Source of the DNA: Alphaproteobacteria bacterium
GTDB lineage: Bacteria; Pseudomonadota; Alphaproteobacteria; UBA7887
Assembly: GCA_965216755.1 (NCBI GenBank)
Contig: CBDCGL010000011.1
Location: forward strand, 1,600,001-1,664,000
Direction: 5' to 3'
DNA length: 64,000 nucleotides
Numbering within the stretch: the stretch's first letter is position 1; each line of letters starts with the position of its first letter. Both the position numbers and the translations under genes were made by a program. Below the pieces are notes generated by a model, which was not told the DNA's origin, did no database searches, and saw only the letters and a list, made by a program, of their open reading frames with translations. Positions 19,248 to 27,836 of this stretch are shown here, one piece after another.

Positions 19248-20228
19248 TCAGCCGTATGCCATCACCTTCTCGATTTCGGCCGTGACGCGCGCGATCGAGG
19301 GCATATTGATTCCTTCCAATCTGGGCAGCGGCATGACCGTGTCAAAAGCGGTGACGCGCATGACCGGCGCAACCAAGGACATAATGGCGTCTCGTGCCAG
19401 CCGCGCCGCGATCTCAGCACCGAATCCGCCGGTCAGCGGCGCCTCGTGGACAATGACGCAGCGTCCAGTTGTCTCGACGGATGCCAGAATCCCGGACATA
19501 TCGAGTGGCGACAGCGTCGCGACATCAATGACGGCGCATTCGACACCCTGCCCGGCCATATCGTTGGCGGCGTGCAAGGTCTCTTCGACCATCGCCCCCC
19601 ACGTTACCAATGTCACGTCCGCCCCATCGCGCAACATGACTGGCTGGTCCAGCGAATGTGCCACGCCATCGTCATCAAAGTCCTCTCGCAAAGCGCGATA
19701 AAGCCTTTTGGGCTCTAAGAACACCACCGGATCCGGGTCGTGAATCGCCGCGAGTAGCAAACCGTACGCACGTCGTGGCGACGACGGTATGACGACACGC
19801 AACCCTGGCACATGGGCAAACATTGCCTCGGTGCTTTCTGAATGATGCTCAGGGGCATGGATGCCGCCGCCAAAAGGCGCACGCAGAACCATCGGGCATG
19901 ACAGCCGACCGCGCGTACGATTTCGCAATCGTGACGCATGATTGACCATTTGATCCATGGTCGCGTAAACGAAGCCCATAAACTGAATTTCGACCACTGG
20001 CCGAAATCCTTGCGCAGCCAACCCGATGGCTAGGCCCGCAATGACTGTCTCCGACAGCGGCGTATCGCGAACCCGGTCGGCGCCATACGCGTCCTGCAAT
20101 CCTTCGGTGACACGAAACACGCCACCGTTTCGCCCGATGTCTTCGCCAACCAGGATCACCGACTCATCCTCGCGCAGAGCCCGGGCAAGCGCCAAATTCA
20201 GCGCTTCAACCATGGTCAATTCAGGCAC
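19248..20228 (-). CDS. 2-oxoacid dehydrogenase E1 beta subunit
   Basis: GEDIG.NGGVFR, DTPLSE, EIQF, EHHSES and FLEPK motifs. Confidence 0.95.
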   Translation of the reverse strand: MPELTMVEALNLALARALREDESVILVGEDIGRNGGVFRVTEGLQDAYGADRVRDTPLSETVIAGLAIGLAAQGFRPVVEIQFMGFVYATMDQMVNHASRLRNRTRGRLSCPMVLRAPFGGGIHAPEHHSESTEAMFAHVPGLRVVIPSSPRRAYGLLLAAIHDPDPVVFLEPKRLYRALREDFDDDGVAHSLDQPVMLRDGADVTLVTWGAMVEETLHAANDMAGQGVECAVIDVATLSPLDMSGILASVETTGRCVIVHEAPLTGGFGAEIAARLARDAIMSLVAPVMRVTAFDTVMPLPRLEGINMPSIARVTAEIEKVMAYG

Positions 20229-21318
20229 GCGCGTCGTCCTTCGCGATCAAGTCCGCACGCTGAGCGGCAAGTGGTTCCGGTAGTTGCGCAAATAACGAAT
20301 CGAATGCTGCTTGTGGCCGCTCGCGGTCGAAAGCAAGATAGGTCGCCGCGGCTTGATCGATCAGCTCATGACATGAGGTCAGCAAGCGTTCTTCATCGGC
20401 AGCCGTCCAATCATGCATAGCGGTCAGAAATGCGCGAGATCGAGCGATCGGCTCCGCGTGCCAATGGTGACGGACCTCGTTCTCGTCACGATAGCGGCGC
20501 GCATCGTCGACCGTCGTGTGATCGCTGAGCCGATAGGTCTCAGCCTCGATCAAGGTTGGCTCGCGCGCTGTCCGCGCGCGCTCCAACGCGTCCCTCACCC
20601 CTTCGTAAACCGCAACAACATCGTTACCGTCGACACGCATACCGGCAATTCCGGCAGCCATCGCCTTGTGTGCCAATGTCACCGCACGGGATTGCCGCGA
20701 ACGTGGCTGCGAAATCGCCCAGCCGTTATTGTTGACAAGAAAGACGACAGGCAGCGCCCAGACGCCGGCTAGATTGATGGCTTCGTAGAAATCGCCTTTC
20801 GATGTGGCGCCGTCGCCGAGAATACAAACAGCCGCACGCTGTTGACCCCGCAACTTCATCGCCAACGCGACGCCAACGGCGTGCGGCGCATGACTGGCGA
20901 TAGGAATGCTGACCGGAAAATCCTCCCGCGGCCCAGCAAAATTACTGCCTCGCTCATCGCCGCCCCAATATTGGAAGAGCTCGGCCGGCGTCACGCCGCG
21001 TACCAGCTGCGCGCCATGTTCGCGGAACGATGGCAGCAAGACGTCGGCGTCGTCCATGGCGCGCGCCGCGCCGACGCCCACGGCTTCCTGCCCCAATGTC
21101 GACGCAAAAGTACCAAGGCGTCCGGTACGCTGCAGTGCGATTGCCCGCTGATCGAAAACGCGTGTCTGCACCATGGCTCGATAGAGGGCAATAAGGGCAT
21201 TTCGGTCACGCGCGATCGCGGGAAGGTCAGCGACCACGCGTCCTTCGGCATCCACAAAACGCAGCAAGGGGTAGTCATCCGCGACGGCAGCACGGCCAAT
21301 GTAAGAACTGTCACCCAA
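20221..21318 (-). CDS. 2-oxoacid (pyruvate/branched-chain) dehydrogenase E1 alpha subunit
   Basis: LQRTGR, GQEA, TPP motif GDGATS..NNN, and YRLSDHTT.DD. Confidence 0.95.
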   Translation of the reverse strand: MGDSSYIGRAAVADDYPLLRFVDAEGRVVADLPAIARDRNALIALYRAMVQTRVFDQRAIALQRTGRLGTFASTLGQEAVGVGAARAMDDADVLLPSFREHGAQLVRGVTPAELFQYWGGDERGSNFAGPREDFPVSIPIASHAPHAVGVALAMKLRGQQRAAVCILGDGATSKGDFYEAINLAGVWALPVVFLVNNNGWAISQPRSRQSRAVTLAHKAMAAGIAGMRVDGNDVVAVYEGVRDALERARTAREPTLIEAETYRLSDHTTVDDARRYRDENEVRHHWHAEPIARSRAFLTAMHDWTAADEERLLTSCHELIDQAAATYLAFDRERPQAAFDSLFAQLPEPLAAQRADLIAKDDARA

Positions 21319-23005
21319 GCCCCAGTTCCTCCGCCATCATATCGCGCATGACGAATTTCTTGACCTTTCCCGTCACGGTCATCGGGAATGCTTCGACAAA
21401 CTTGATGTACCGCGGGATCTTGAAATGCGCGATCTTGCCTCGGCAGAATGCGCGAATTTCCTCTTCTGTCGCGGATTGCCCTTCGCGCAGTTTGATCCAT
21501 GCGCATACTTCCTCGCCGAACTTGGGATCCGGCACACCAATGACCTCGACTTCATCGATCTTCGGGTGCTGATACAAAAACTCCTCGATTTCACGTGGGA
21601 ATATGTTCTCACCGCCTCTGATCAGCATGTCTTTGATGCGCCCAACAATGCGACAATAGCCTTCGTCGTCCAGCGTCGCGGTATCGCCACTGGCAATCCA
21701 ACCTGCATCATCGATCGCTTTGCTCGTCCGCGCCGGATCGTTCCAGTATTTTGGCATCACGCAATAGCCGCGGGTCTTGAGTTCTCCGGCAACGTCACGC
21801 GGCACCATCCGGTTGTTTTCATCGACAATCTTGATTTCGATATGGGGCAGTACGCGCCCTACGGTTTCGGTGCGCCGCGCAATCGTGTCGCTGACCGAAG
21901 TTTGAAAGCTGACCGGGCCCGTTTCCGTCATGCCGTAGGCAATCGTGATCTGCTGGAGATGAAGGTCGGCCATCACCCGATGCATCAATTCAACCGGACA
22001 GGGCGCCCCGGCCATGATCCCGGTCCGCAGGGTGGCGACGTTACCGGGCGCCTGTTCCCTTGCATCCAATACGCCAATGAACATGGTCGGCACGCCATGC
22101 AACGCAGTGCATTTTTCGGTAGCGATCGCAGCCAGCACAGCGTGCGCATCAAAACTCTCGGATGGAAACACCATCGCCGCGCCGTGGGCAACACAACACA
22201 ATGCGCCCAATGCCATGCCGAAACAGTGATACATCGGAACCGGAATACACAACCGGTCTGCCTCTGAGAAAGCCATCTGTTTGCCAACGAAGTATGCATT
22301 GTTGACGATATTGTGGTGTGTCAATGTGGCAGCCTTCGGCGCACCCGTCGTCCCACTGGTAAATTGAATGTTGATGGGATCGTCAAATTGCAGCCGCGCC
22401 GAAACTTCTCTCAGCTGTGCGCGATGACTTGCCGTCGCACGACAGGCAACCGAGTCGAAAGTGATCATACCGCGCGGTTCAATGTCGCCCAAACAGATGA
22501 CCCATCGCAATGATGGGACCCGCGCCGCCTTGACATTGCCGGGCGCGGCCGTCGCCAGCTCTGGAATCAACTCGTTGAGCATGGCGACATAGTCACTTGA
22601 CTTCAGCGCGGGCGTCGTGATCAGGGCGCGACAGCCGACGGTATTCAGCGCGTATTCCAATTCCGGCAGCCGATAGGCGGGATTTATGTTGACCAGGATA
22701 AGACCCGCCTTTGCTGTAGCAAATTGTGTGACGACCCACTCCGCCAGGTTTGGCGCCCAGATACCCACTCGATCGCCCGATTCGAGACCAAGTGCAAGCA
22801 GTCCGGCAGCAACTTCATCGACCCTGTCGCGCAGGTCCGCATAACTCCAATGGATATTTTGATGACAGACGATTAGGGCATCCCGGTCACCGTATTGCTC
22901 GACCGTACGATCGAACAATGCCCCAACTGTCTCGCCCAAGAGTGGGATGTGGCTGGTGCCATGTACGTAACTTCGGGCCGCTTGTGGCATCACGTTGGCG
23001 ATCAC
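21311..23005 (-). CDS. Acyl-CoA synthetase (AMP-binding, ACSF2-like)
   Basis: FTSGTTGAPK, YGMTE, SGD, GRIKDMLIRGGEN and TVTGK motifs. Confidence 0.95.
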   Translation of the reverse strand: MIANVMPQAARSYVHGTSHIPLLGETVGALFDRTVEQYGDRDALIVCHQNIHWSYADLRDRVDEVAAGLLALGLESGDRVGIWAPNLAEWVVTQFATAKAGLILVNINPAYRLPELEYALNTVGCRALITTPALKSSDYVAMLNELIPELATAAPGNVKAARVPSLRWVICLGDIEPRGMITFDSVACRATASHRAQLREVSARLQFDDPINIQFTSGTTGAPKAATLTHHNIVNNAYFVGKQMAFSEADRLCIPVPMYHCFGMALGALCCVAHGAAMVFPSESFDAHAVLAAIATEKCTALHGVPTMFIGVLDAREQAPGNVATLRTGIMAGAPCPVELMHRVMADLHLQQITIAYGMTETGPVSFQTSVSDTIARRTETVGRVLPHIEIKIVDENNRMVPRDVAGELKTRGYCVMPKYWNDPARTSKAIDDAGWIASGDTATLDDEGYCRIVGRIKDMLIRGGENIFPREIEEFLYQHPKIDEVEVIGVPDPKFGEEVCAWIKLREGQSATEEEIRAFCRGKIAHFKIPRYIKFVEAFPMTVTGKVKKFVMRDMMAEELGLG

Positions 23006-23057
23006 TTGCCGAATCTTTCAAGAAGCGAAAGAGTGCTGTGAACGCTGTTGCAATGCG

Positions 23058-23071
23058 TTGATATGAATCAA
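23058..23071. promoter_or_regulatory. Perfect FNR/FixK box
   Basis: TTGATatgaATCAA is an exact TTGAT-N4-ATCAA match, about 50 bp upstream of the acyl-CoA synthetase ORF. Confidence 0.8.
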
Positions 23072-23143
23072 CCTGGATCTAAGTTCCGCAACGAGTCAGT
23101 AGAGTACACGCTGGACCGCTGTGTACCTTCGTTCTAGCGCACT

Positions 23144-23485
23144 CTACTGCGCCTCACGCGCCTTGGTCGCTTGGATGATCGGCCAGAAATCGTAACCGAC
23201 ATACACTTCACTCTTGAACGTCGTGTAGCTGCTGGACTCGAGCGCGCGATTTACGTCACGCACTTTGCCGGGCGGCACGGCCAACGTCACCACATGACCA
23301 AAACTCATCAATTGGTACCAACTTATGACCTCGACCCCTTGCGGCGGAAACTTCTGAAAGAAACCATTCTTGCGCAGGTTGATACCCATTTCCTCAAGGG
23401 TCAGCTGTTGGGTGTGCTTCAGAAAAATAGTCAGCATGACCCTATCGGGGTCCGATCCGATCGTGGCTGGATCTTGGTCTGCCAT
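23144..23485 (-). CDS. Hypothetical protein (113 aa, alpha/beta)
   Basis: GGAGG RBS; contains MLTIFLKH..FPP.GVEV.SWY..G.VVTL. Confidence 0.8.
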   Translation of the reverse strand: MADQDPATIGSDPDRVMLTIFLKHTQQLTLEEMGINLRKNGFFQKFPPQGVEVISWYQLMSFGHVVTLAVPPGKVRDVNRALESSSYTTFKSEVYVGYDFWPIIQATKAREAQ

Positions 23486-23682
23486 TGCACGTCCTCCGAT
23501 TACGAAATATTCGATATTGTGAGGTCAGTATCGCGATCCTCCGTTTACTATTGGCTGTTTCTATTGTTTCAAGCCACCAATGCTAAGATCCGCGATAGCT
23601 GTTAAGTCTTATTCGTTATCGGCGACTAGGACTTGGGCCAACACCTGCCGACCGGACCGCGCGCATGTTGACAACATTGCGG

Positions 23683-24969
23683 TCATCCGATGGCCCCGAT
23701 GAGCCGCGGAAACCACAGTACCAATGACGGGCTCAAAGACGCGACGATCAATACAACAAGATGACTGACAAAAAACGGCACTGACTCGCGAATTGTGGAT
23801 TCGTACGACACTTCGGCGATCCGCGACGCGGTCATCAGGGTCATACCGACGGGCGGCGTAATATTGCCCATGTTAAGGGCCAAGAGCATGACCATGGCGA
23901 AATGCAAAGGATGGAAGCCAAGCTCAATCATCGCTGGCGCCAGCACCGGTGCCGCAATGACAACAGCCGGCAAAACGTCGACGACCATACCGAGCACGAG
24001 TAGTAGGGCATTCACAGCAAGAATCTGAACTGTGGGATCACGACTGATCAGCGTAATCAACTCGGCGGCTTCGCGTGCGACGCCTGAACGGGTGACGAAC
24101 CAACCCAACACTGTCGACGCGCCAAGAAGCAAAAACACCACACCGGAAAAACGTACAGTCGACAAAAGCGACTCCCAAACGTCGCGCCAACCAATGGCGC
24201 GATAACCCAAAACACCGACGGCCAGCGTATAGATGGCGCCCAAGGCACCAGCTTCGGTCAATGTGGTCAATCCGCTTAAGATGCCGCCAATGATGAGCAG
24301 CGGAATGCCAAAAGCCGGCAATGTCGCGATACCTGTCAACAACATGAACCGGAACGATATCCCCGCATGCCGCGCGTAACCGCGTCGCCACGACAGCAGT
24401 CCACTGACCACCAACAAAGCACCGCCCATAACAAGACCAGGGACCAATCCGGCGGCAAACAAGCTCAGCACGGAAACATCACGCAGGGTCGACGCGTAGA
24501 CGATCATGATGATGCTGGGCGGAATGATCGGTCCGATGATCGATGAACACGCAGTCACAGCCGCGCTATACGCGGCCCCATAACCCTCCTTCTTCATCGA
24601 GGGGATCAGGGTTTTGCCTATGGCGACCGTGTCGGTGACGGCGGCCCCCGTAATGCCGGCGAAAAATACACTGACAAGGATGTTCACATGTGAAAGGGCG
24701 CCCGGGATACGGCCGATCAAGCTGTTCGCAAACGCGACCAAGCGATCGGTCAGGCCCGCGCGGTTCATGATCTCCGCCGTAAAAATGAAATACGGGACGG
24801 CGATCAGAAAAAATCCAGAGACGCCGGCATAGAAACGATCGGCGACGATTTCCAAAAAATCGATTCCGCCGAACTGGACCGCGCCCGCCAATCCTGCCGC
24901 GACCATAACCAAGCCAATCGGCAAGCCGATGAGCAGCAGAACACCAAAAACTGTAATCGCGAGGCTCAA
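23683..24969 (-). CDS. TRAP transporter large permease (DctM)
   Basis: LIAVPYF, IIPPS and ITPPVG motifs; many TM segments. Confidence 0.95.
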   Translation of the reverse strand: MSLAITVFGVLLLIGLPIGLVMVAAGLAGAVQFGGIDFLEIVADRFYAGVSGFFLIAVPYFIFTAEIMNRAGLTDRLVAFANSLIGRIPGALSHVNILVSVFFAGITGAAVTDTVAIGKTLIPSMKKEGYGAAYSAAVTACSSIIGPIIPPSIIMIVYASTLRDVSVLSLFAAGLVPGLVMGGALLVVSGLLSWRRGYARHAGISFRFMLLTGIATLPAFGIPLLIIGGILSGLTTLTEAGALGAIYTLAVGVLGYRAIGWRDVWESLLSTVRFSGVVFLLLGASTVLGWFVTRSGVAREAAELITLISRDPTVQILAVNALLLVLGMVVDVLPAVVIAAPVLAPAMIELGFHPLHFAMVMLLALNMGNITPPVGMTLMTASRIAEVSYESTIRESVPFFVSHLVVLIVASLSPSLVLWFPRLIGAIG

Positions 24970-25490
24970 AGATTGATGCCCGACGACCGGGAGGCGTTTT
25001 CGTCAACCGGCCGGCTGCCCACCAATGCGATGCCGTCGACGACATGAATAAGAAGGATCAGACCACCAACCGGAACCGCGGCGGCGACCCATTTGTGCGA
25101 GATCTGTATCCGATCCGACACCATGAACAGCTGATCCGCATCAAGAAAGTATCCGAGGCCGTACCACAATAGGGCCACCGCAAACGCGGCAATCAACACG
25201 ATGTTGACCATGTTGGCTACTGCCTGAAGCGAGGCTGGCATCCGACGCGTCAAAATTGTCATGGCAACATGTTCGCCACGCTTGAAAGCGACCGTGACAC
25301 TGAGCAGTGCGATCCACGGCACAAACAAGCGCGCCAGCGAGTATGTCCAAGAAAGCGGCGATCCGGCGAAGAAATTGTGGGCGATACCCGTAATGGATAT
25401 CCCAAACATGACCACGATCAGCGCAATACACCAAATGATGGAAAGGCGATCCACCCAATCGCTGAGCCACCGCCAGCGCTTCAGCACCAC
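24966..25490 (-). CDS. TRAP transporter small permease (DctQ)
   Basis: Four TM segments, WT..LAR and RGEHV motifs; lies between DctP and DctM. Confidence 0.9.
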   Translation of the reverse strand: MVLKRWRWLSDWVDRLSIIWCIALIVVMFGISITGIAHNFFAGSPLSWTYSLARLFVPWIALLSVTVAFKRGEHVAMTILTRRMPASLQAVANMVNIVLIAAFAVALLWYGLGYFLDADQLFMVSDRIQISHKWVAAAVPVGGLILLIHVVDGIALVGSRPVDENASRSSGINL

Positions 25491-25500
25491 GTTGGCGATC

Positions 25501-26583
25501 CTAGCGCAGGTAACTGTCGCGCGAGCTTGTCTCTAAGTCGGCGGCGACGGCGTCGACGGCTGCCCAGAACGCATCAACCTCAGCGGCTTCGATGCCGAAA
25601 TCATCTGTGATCCACGCCTTGAACGCTGGTCGTGTCGCATCGCGCATGCGCGCCTTTTCTGCCGCTGACAAGACATGGCAGGCCTCGAAATTGTCGCAAG
25701 ACTCGTTCCAACCGCGAACGCTCATCAATGCCGCAATGCCGTGGGCCATCGACACCGCTTCACGTGCGGCCACAACAATCGACGCCTTGTGCTCTTCCGA
25801 CAAGCCGGTAAACCATGCCTCACTGACCAGCCACGTCAATGTGTTGTACACATGTCCTGACCAGGTTGTGTAATCGTTGACTTCCCAAAGCTTAAACGAC
25901 GCGCTTACACCGGGCGCGTTGAACTGACCATCTGCCAGACCCGTCGCCAAGGCGGTCGGCACTTCGCCCCATGGCAGTGGCGTCGCGCTGGCGCCGAGTG
26001 CCCGCATCGTGGCGATGTGCGCAGGGTTCTCCTCGACCCGTATGTTCAGACCGGCCACATCCTCGACCGTCTTGATGAGTCGCTTGTTGTTGGTAAATGC
26101 GACAAAGCCACCACCATCATCCATTGTGCCCAAATAGCGCAGTCCTGCCTGGTCGACGGCGCCGCTCATGAAGTCGGCGAACCAACGCGAGTCAAAAAAG
26201 CGCCACGCCACCTCATAGCTGGGAAACAGGAAAGGTGTCGCGACGATCTGATATTGTTTGTAGAAAGATGACATGGCGCCAGACGAAATGACCACTGACT
26301 GGACCGTTTTGCCGCCTTGTGCCTGCTTGCCTGTTTCAACTTCTGACCCCAGCGAACCGGCACCGAATATCTGCACCTCTACTTCGCCGGAGGTTGCGGT
26401 CTCAACGAGTTGTTTGAAATGGAGCAAGGCGGGATGGACATCGTTGTCCATGTTCTCAGGATAAAGGTGGGCGATTGCCATGGTCTCCGCGCGAACGACG
26501 CCCGCCGCAATCGCCATCCAACCGAGGATCAACACCACCAACAACGCACAATGCGATCCGCGATTTGTAAAATTGGCGACCAT
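25501..26583 (-). CDS. TRAP transporter substrate-binding protein (DctP)
   Basis: Signal peptide, GL.IRV and GASATPLPWGEV.TAL.TG..DGQ motifs. Confidence 0.92.
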   Translation of the reverse strand: MVANFTNRGSHCALLVVLILGWMAIAAGVVRAETMAIAHLYPENMDNDVHPALLHFKQLVETATSGEVEVQIFGAGSLGSEVETGKQAQGGKTVQSVVISSGAMSSFYKQYQIVATPFLFPSYEVAWRFFDSRWFADFMSGAVDQAGLRYLGTMDDGGGFVAFTNNKRLIKTVEDVAGLNIRVEENPAHIATMRALGASATPLPWGEVPTALATGLADGQFNAPGVSASFKLWEVNDYTTWSGHVYNTLTWLVSEAWFTGLSEEHKASIVVAAREAVSMAHGIAALMSVRGWNESCDNFEACHVLSAAEKARMRDATRPAFKAWITDDFGIEAAEVDAFWAAVDAVAADLETSSRDSYLR

Positions 26584-27081
26584 CGCTCCCTCCCCTTCGC
26601 GAACAAGCTGCGGTGAAACTGTCGCAGGCCAGCGAACGCGGGTCAATCGGCCATTGCGGATCGCTGTTGCCGCTTCGGTAAGGGCACGCACGAAACATCG
26701 AGGTTCCAAGTCATCGTCCGTCGCGCGGCCAATGACGAGTATTCATTTACATCGACAATCTCTGATTGGAGCATTGGGTCTCGACGCGAGACCACAATGC
26801 GAAGTTGCGAAAATCACGGAATGATTTCAGTTACTTGCGTCCCGCAGGCGATTCTTTTTTGGTCAATATCAGGGCAGCAAAATTCGAATTAGTGGACCAG
26901 AATTATCGGGCATCGTGCAAACAAATAAACGGTTTCATTGTGCACCGCACCGTGGTTTTCCCAGGTATCTTTTCAGCGATCGCATGACAAGTCAGTGGCG
27001 CTGGCCGGCTATTGGCATGTACGATGTCGGCGTTTAGCCCGTTTTCATAGTCGTATCCTGCTGAGTGGAACCGAAGTTACC

Positions 27082-27765
27082 ATGGCGAAAGACACCGGCA
27101 CTAACGCAATACCCCAAACCAGGTTCGAAAGGCGCGCCGGCGCACCTGTGGACGCGGACACATGCGACGGCTGCACCTGCAAAAGGCGGCGCGCGAATTG
27201 GGGCCGCCGGATCTTGCTGGGTGGTGTCGCAGCGTGGGCCGCGTCACGCATTCTGCCTGGTGTGACCACGACGCGTGCTGCCACCGATGATCCGACAAAG
27301 ATGCGCGCCCAACCCGGTGATCAATTGATATTCAAGAGCGGCGCGCGCAAAGGGGAAGCTATCTCGGTTTCTGACGTGGAATGTGGGGCAAGGCCCTTGG
27401 TCGCGTATCCATACGATCCCGTTAACGATATCGCGCGCAAGGGTTCGCGTTTTAATCAGGTCCTGGTGCTCCGCTTGCCGGATACGGGATATACGGACGA
27501 AGTGCGCAGTCGCGCGGCTGAGGGTGTCATCGCCTATTCCGCGATTTGTACGCACGAGAATTGTCCGGTTACGGGCTGGCACCCTGACGAACAGCTTTTT
27601 ATCTGTCCGTGCCACGAAACACACTACGACCCGAAGGACGGGGCACGGGTCGTGTCGGGACCGGCGAAACGGGCCTTGCCGGCCTTACCGCTGACGGTCA
27701 AAGACGGCGTGCTTGTCGCCGCTGAAGGCCTGACTGGTAGGGTGGGAAAACGCAAGCGCACCTAA
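27082..27765 (+). CDS. Rieske [2Fe-2S] protein with a Tat-like leader
   Basis: YSAICTHENC and CPCHETHYD boxes, GPA.R.LP, and RRILLGG followed by a hydrophobic stretch. Confidence 0.9.
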   Translation: MAKDTGTNAIPQTRFERRAGAPVDADTCDGCTCKRRRANWGRRILLGGVAAWAASRILPGVTTTRAATDDPTKMRAQPGDQLIFKSGARKGEAISVSDVECGARPLVAYPYDPVNDIARKGSRFNQVLVLRLPDTGYTDEVRSRAAEGVIAYSAICTHENCPVTGWHPDEQLFICPCHETHYDPKDGARVVSGPAKRALPALPLTVKDGVLVAAEGLTGRVGKRKRT

Positions 27766-27836
27766 AGCCGCCCGCGATTCACATCGGACCTGCGACGGTC
27801 CTGTCCCGTAATAAACCACCTCTAGGGAGGAAAAAT

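Noticed and set aside
27012-27028. Sigma54 promoter upstream of the Rieske gene
   Set aside because: TGGCA is present, but the -12 position reads GT rather than the essential GC.
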